64,000 nt of DNA, from the NCBI GenBank assembly GCA_963823665.1, contig CAWGMQ010000007.1, positions 1,053,273 through 1,117,272 on the forward strand, written 5' to 3'. Below are positions 63,775 to 64,000 of this stretch, piece by piece. Made by a program: the position numbers and the translations under genes. The DNA comes from an uncultured Planctomycetota bacterium. Its GTDB lineage: Bacteria > Planctomycetota > Planctomycetia > Isosphaerales > Isosphaeraceae. The notes beneath the pieces are model-generated. The model was not told where the DNA came from, ran no database searches, and worked only from the letters and a program-made list of their open reading frames with translations. Position 1 is the first letter of the stretch, and every line of letters starts with the position of its first letter.

Positions 63775-64000
63775 CGGAGTCTCACGGCCGCTTTCAACTG
63801 CCGCGCCCGAAGTGCCATCCGCGATTGGCCCCCCGCTCCCACACTCACCCGCATCCGCCCCACCCTCCGCCTGTTGGGCGCGGGTCTCACCATGTTCGGG
63901 CGCGGGTCTCCAGACCCCGCCCTCCGTCCGACCGCAGGTCTCCCGTCCCTCCGCCGTCCGTCCTCCGTCCTCCGTCCTCCGCCCTCCGTCCTTCTTCGCC

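Overview
GC-rich bacterial DNA, most likely a planctomycete (Isosphaeraceae-like). This is inferred from the Ser/Thr-kinase-TPR, ECF sigma/anti-sigma, PEP-CTERM and RFTVRRLM-type proteins. Single-base frameshifts in core genes (metH, cheA, cheR, MCP) suggest a long-read assembly. Layout: (1) 3' part of an EF-G gene, then a 3.7-kb non-coding mosaic of shuffled repeats. (2) A ~28-kb accessory/defence island (5.4-33.9 kb) with a Tse2-like ADP-ribosyltransferase toxin plus putative immunity gene, and two IS50-group IS4 elements inserted at the same position of a palindrome and bracketing an ECF sigma/anti-sigma pair. The island also holds an uncharacterised module of FRG protein, TIM-barrel-like protein and PD-(D/E)xK nuclease preceded by a LexA-box-like palindrome, a SEFIR-NB-ARC-TPR NLR-like gene, and a patchwork of intact and fragmentary TA, RAYT and integrase genes. 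(3) Core genes: amtB, a cheW-MCP-cheR-cheA-cheC-cheD-cheY-cheB operon with a soluble Aer2-like receptor, msrB, metH, a type III PKS trio, argB-argD-argF and rph. Several REP-like families are scattered throughout, some co-opted into coding sequence. Best candidates for an undescribed system: the FRG/TIM-barrel/nuclease module and the Tse2-like toxin/immunity pair. All family calls come from motif recognition by eye, not database searches.
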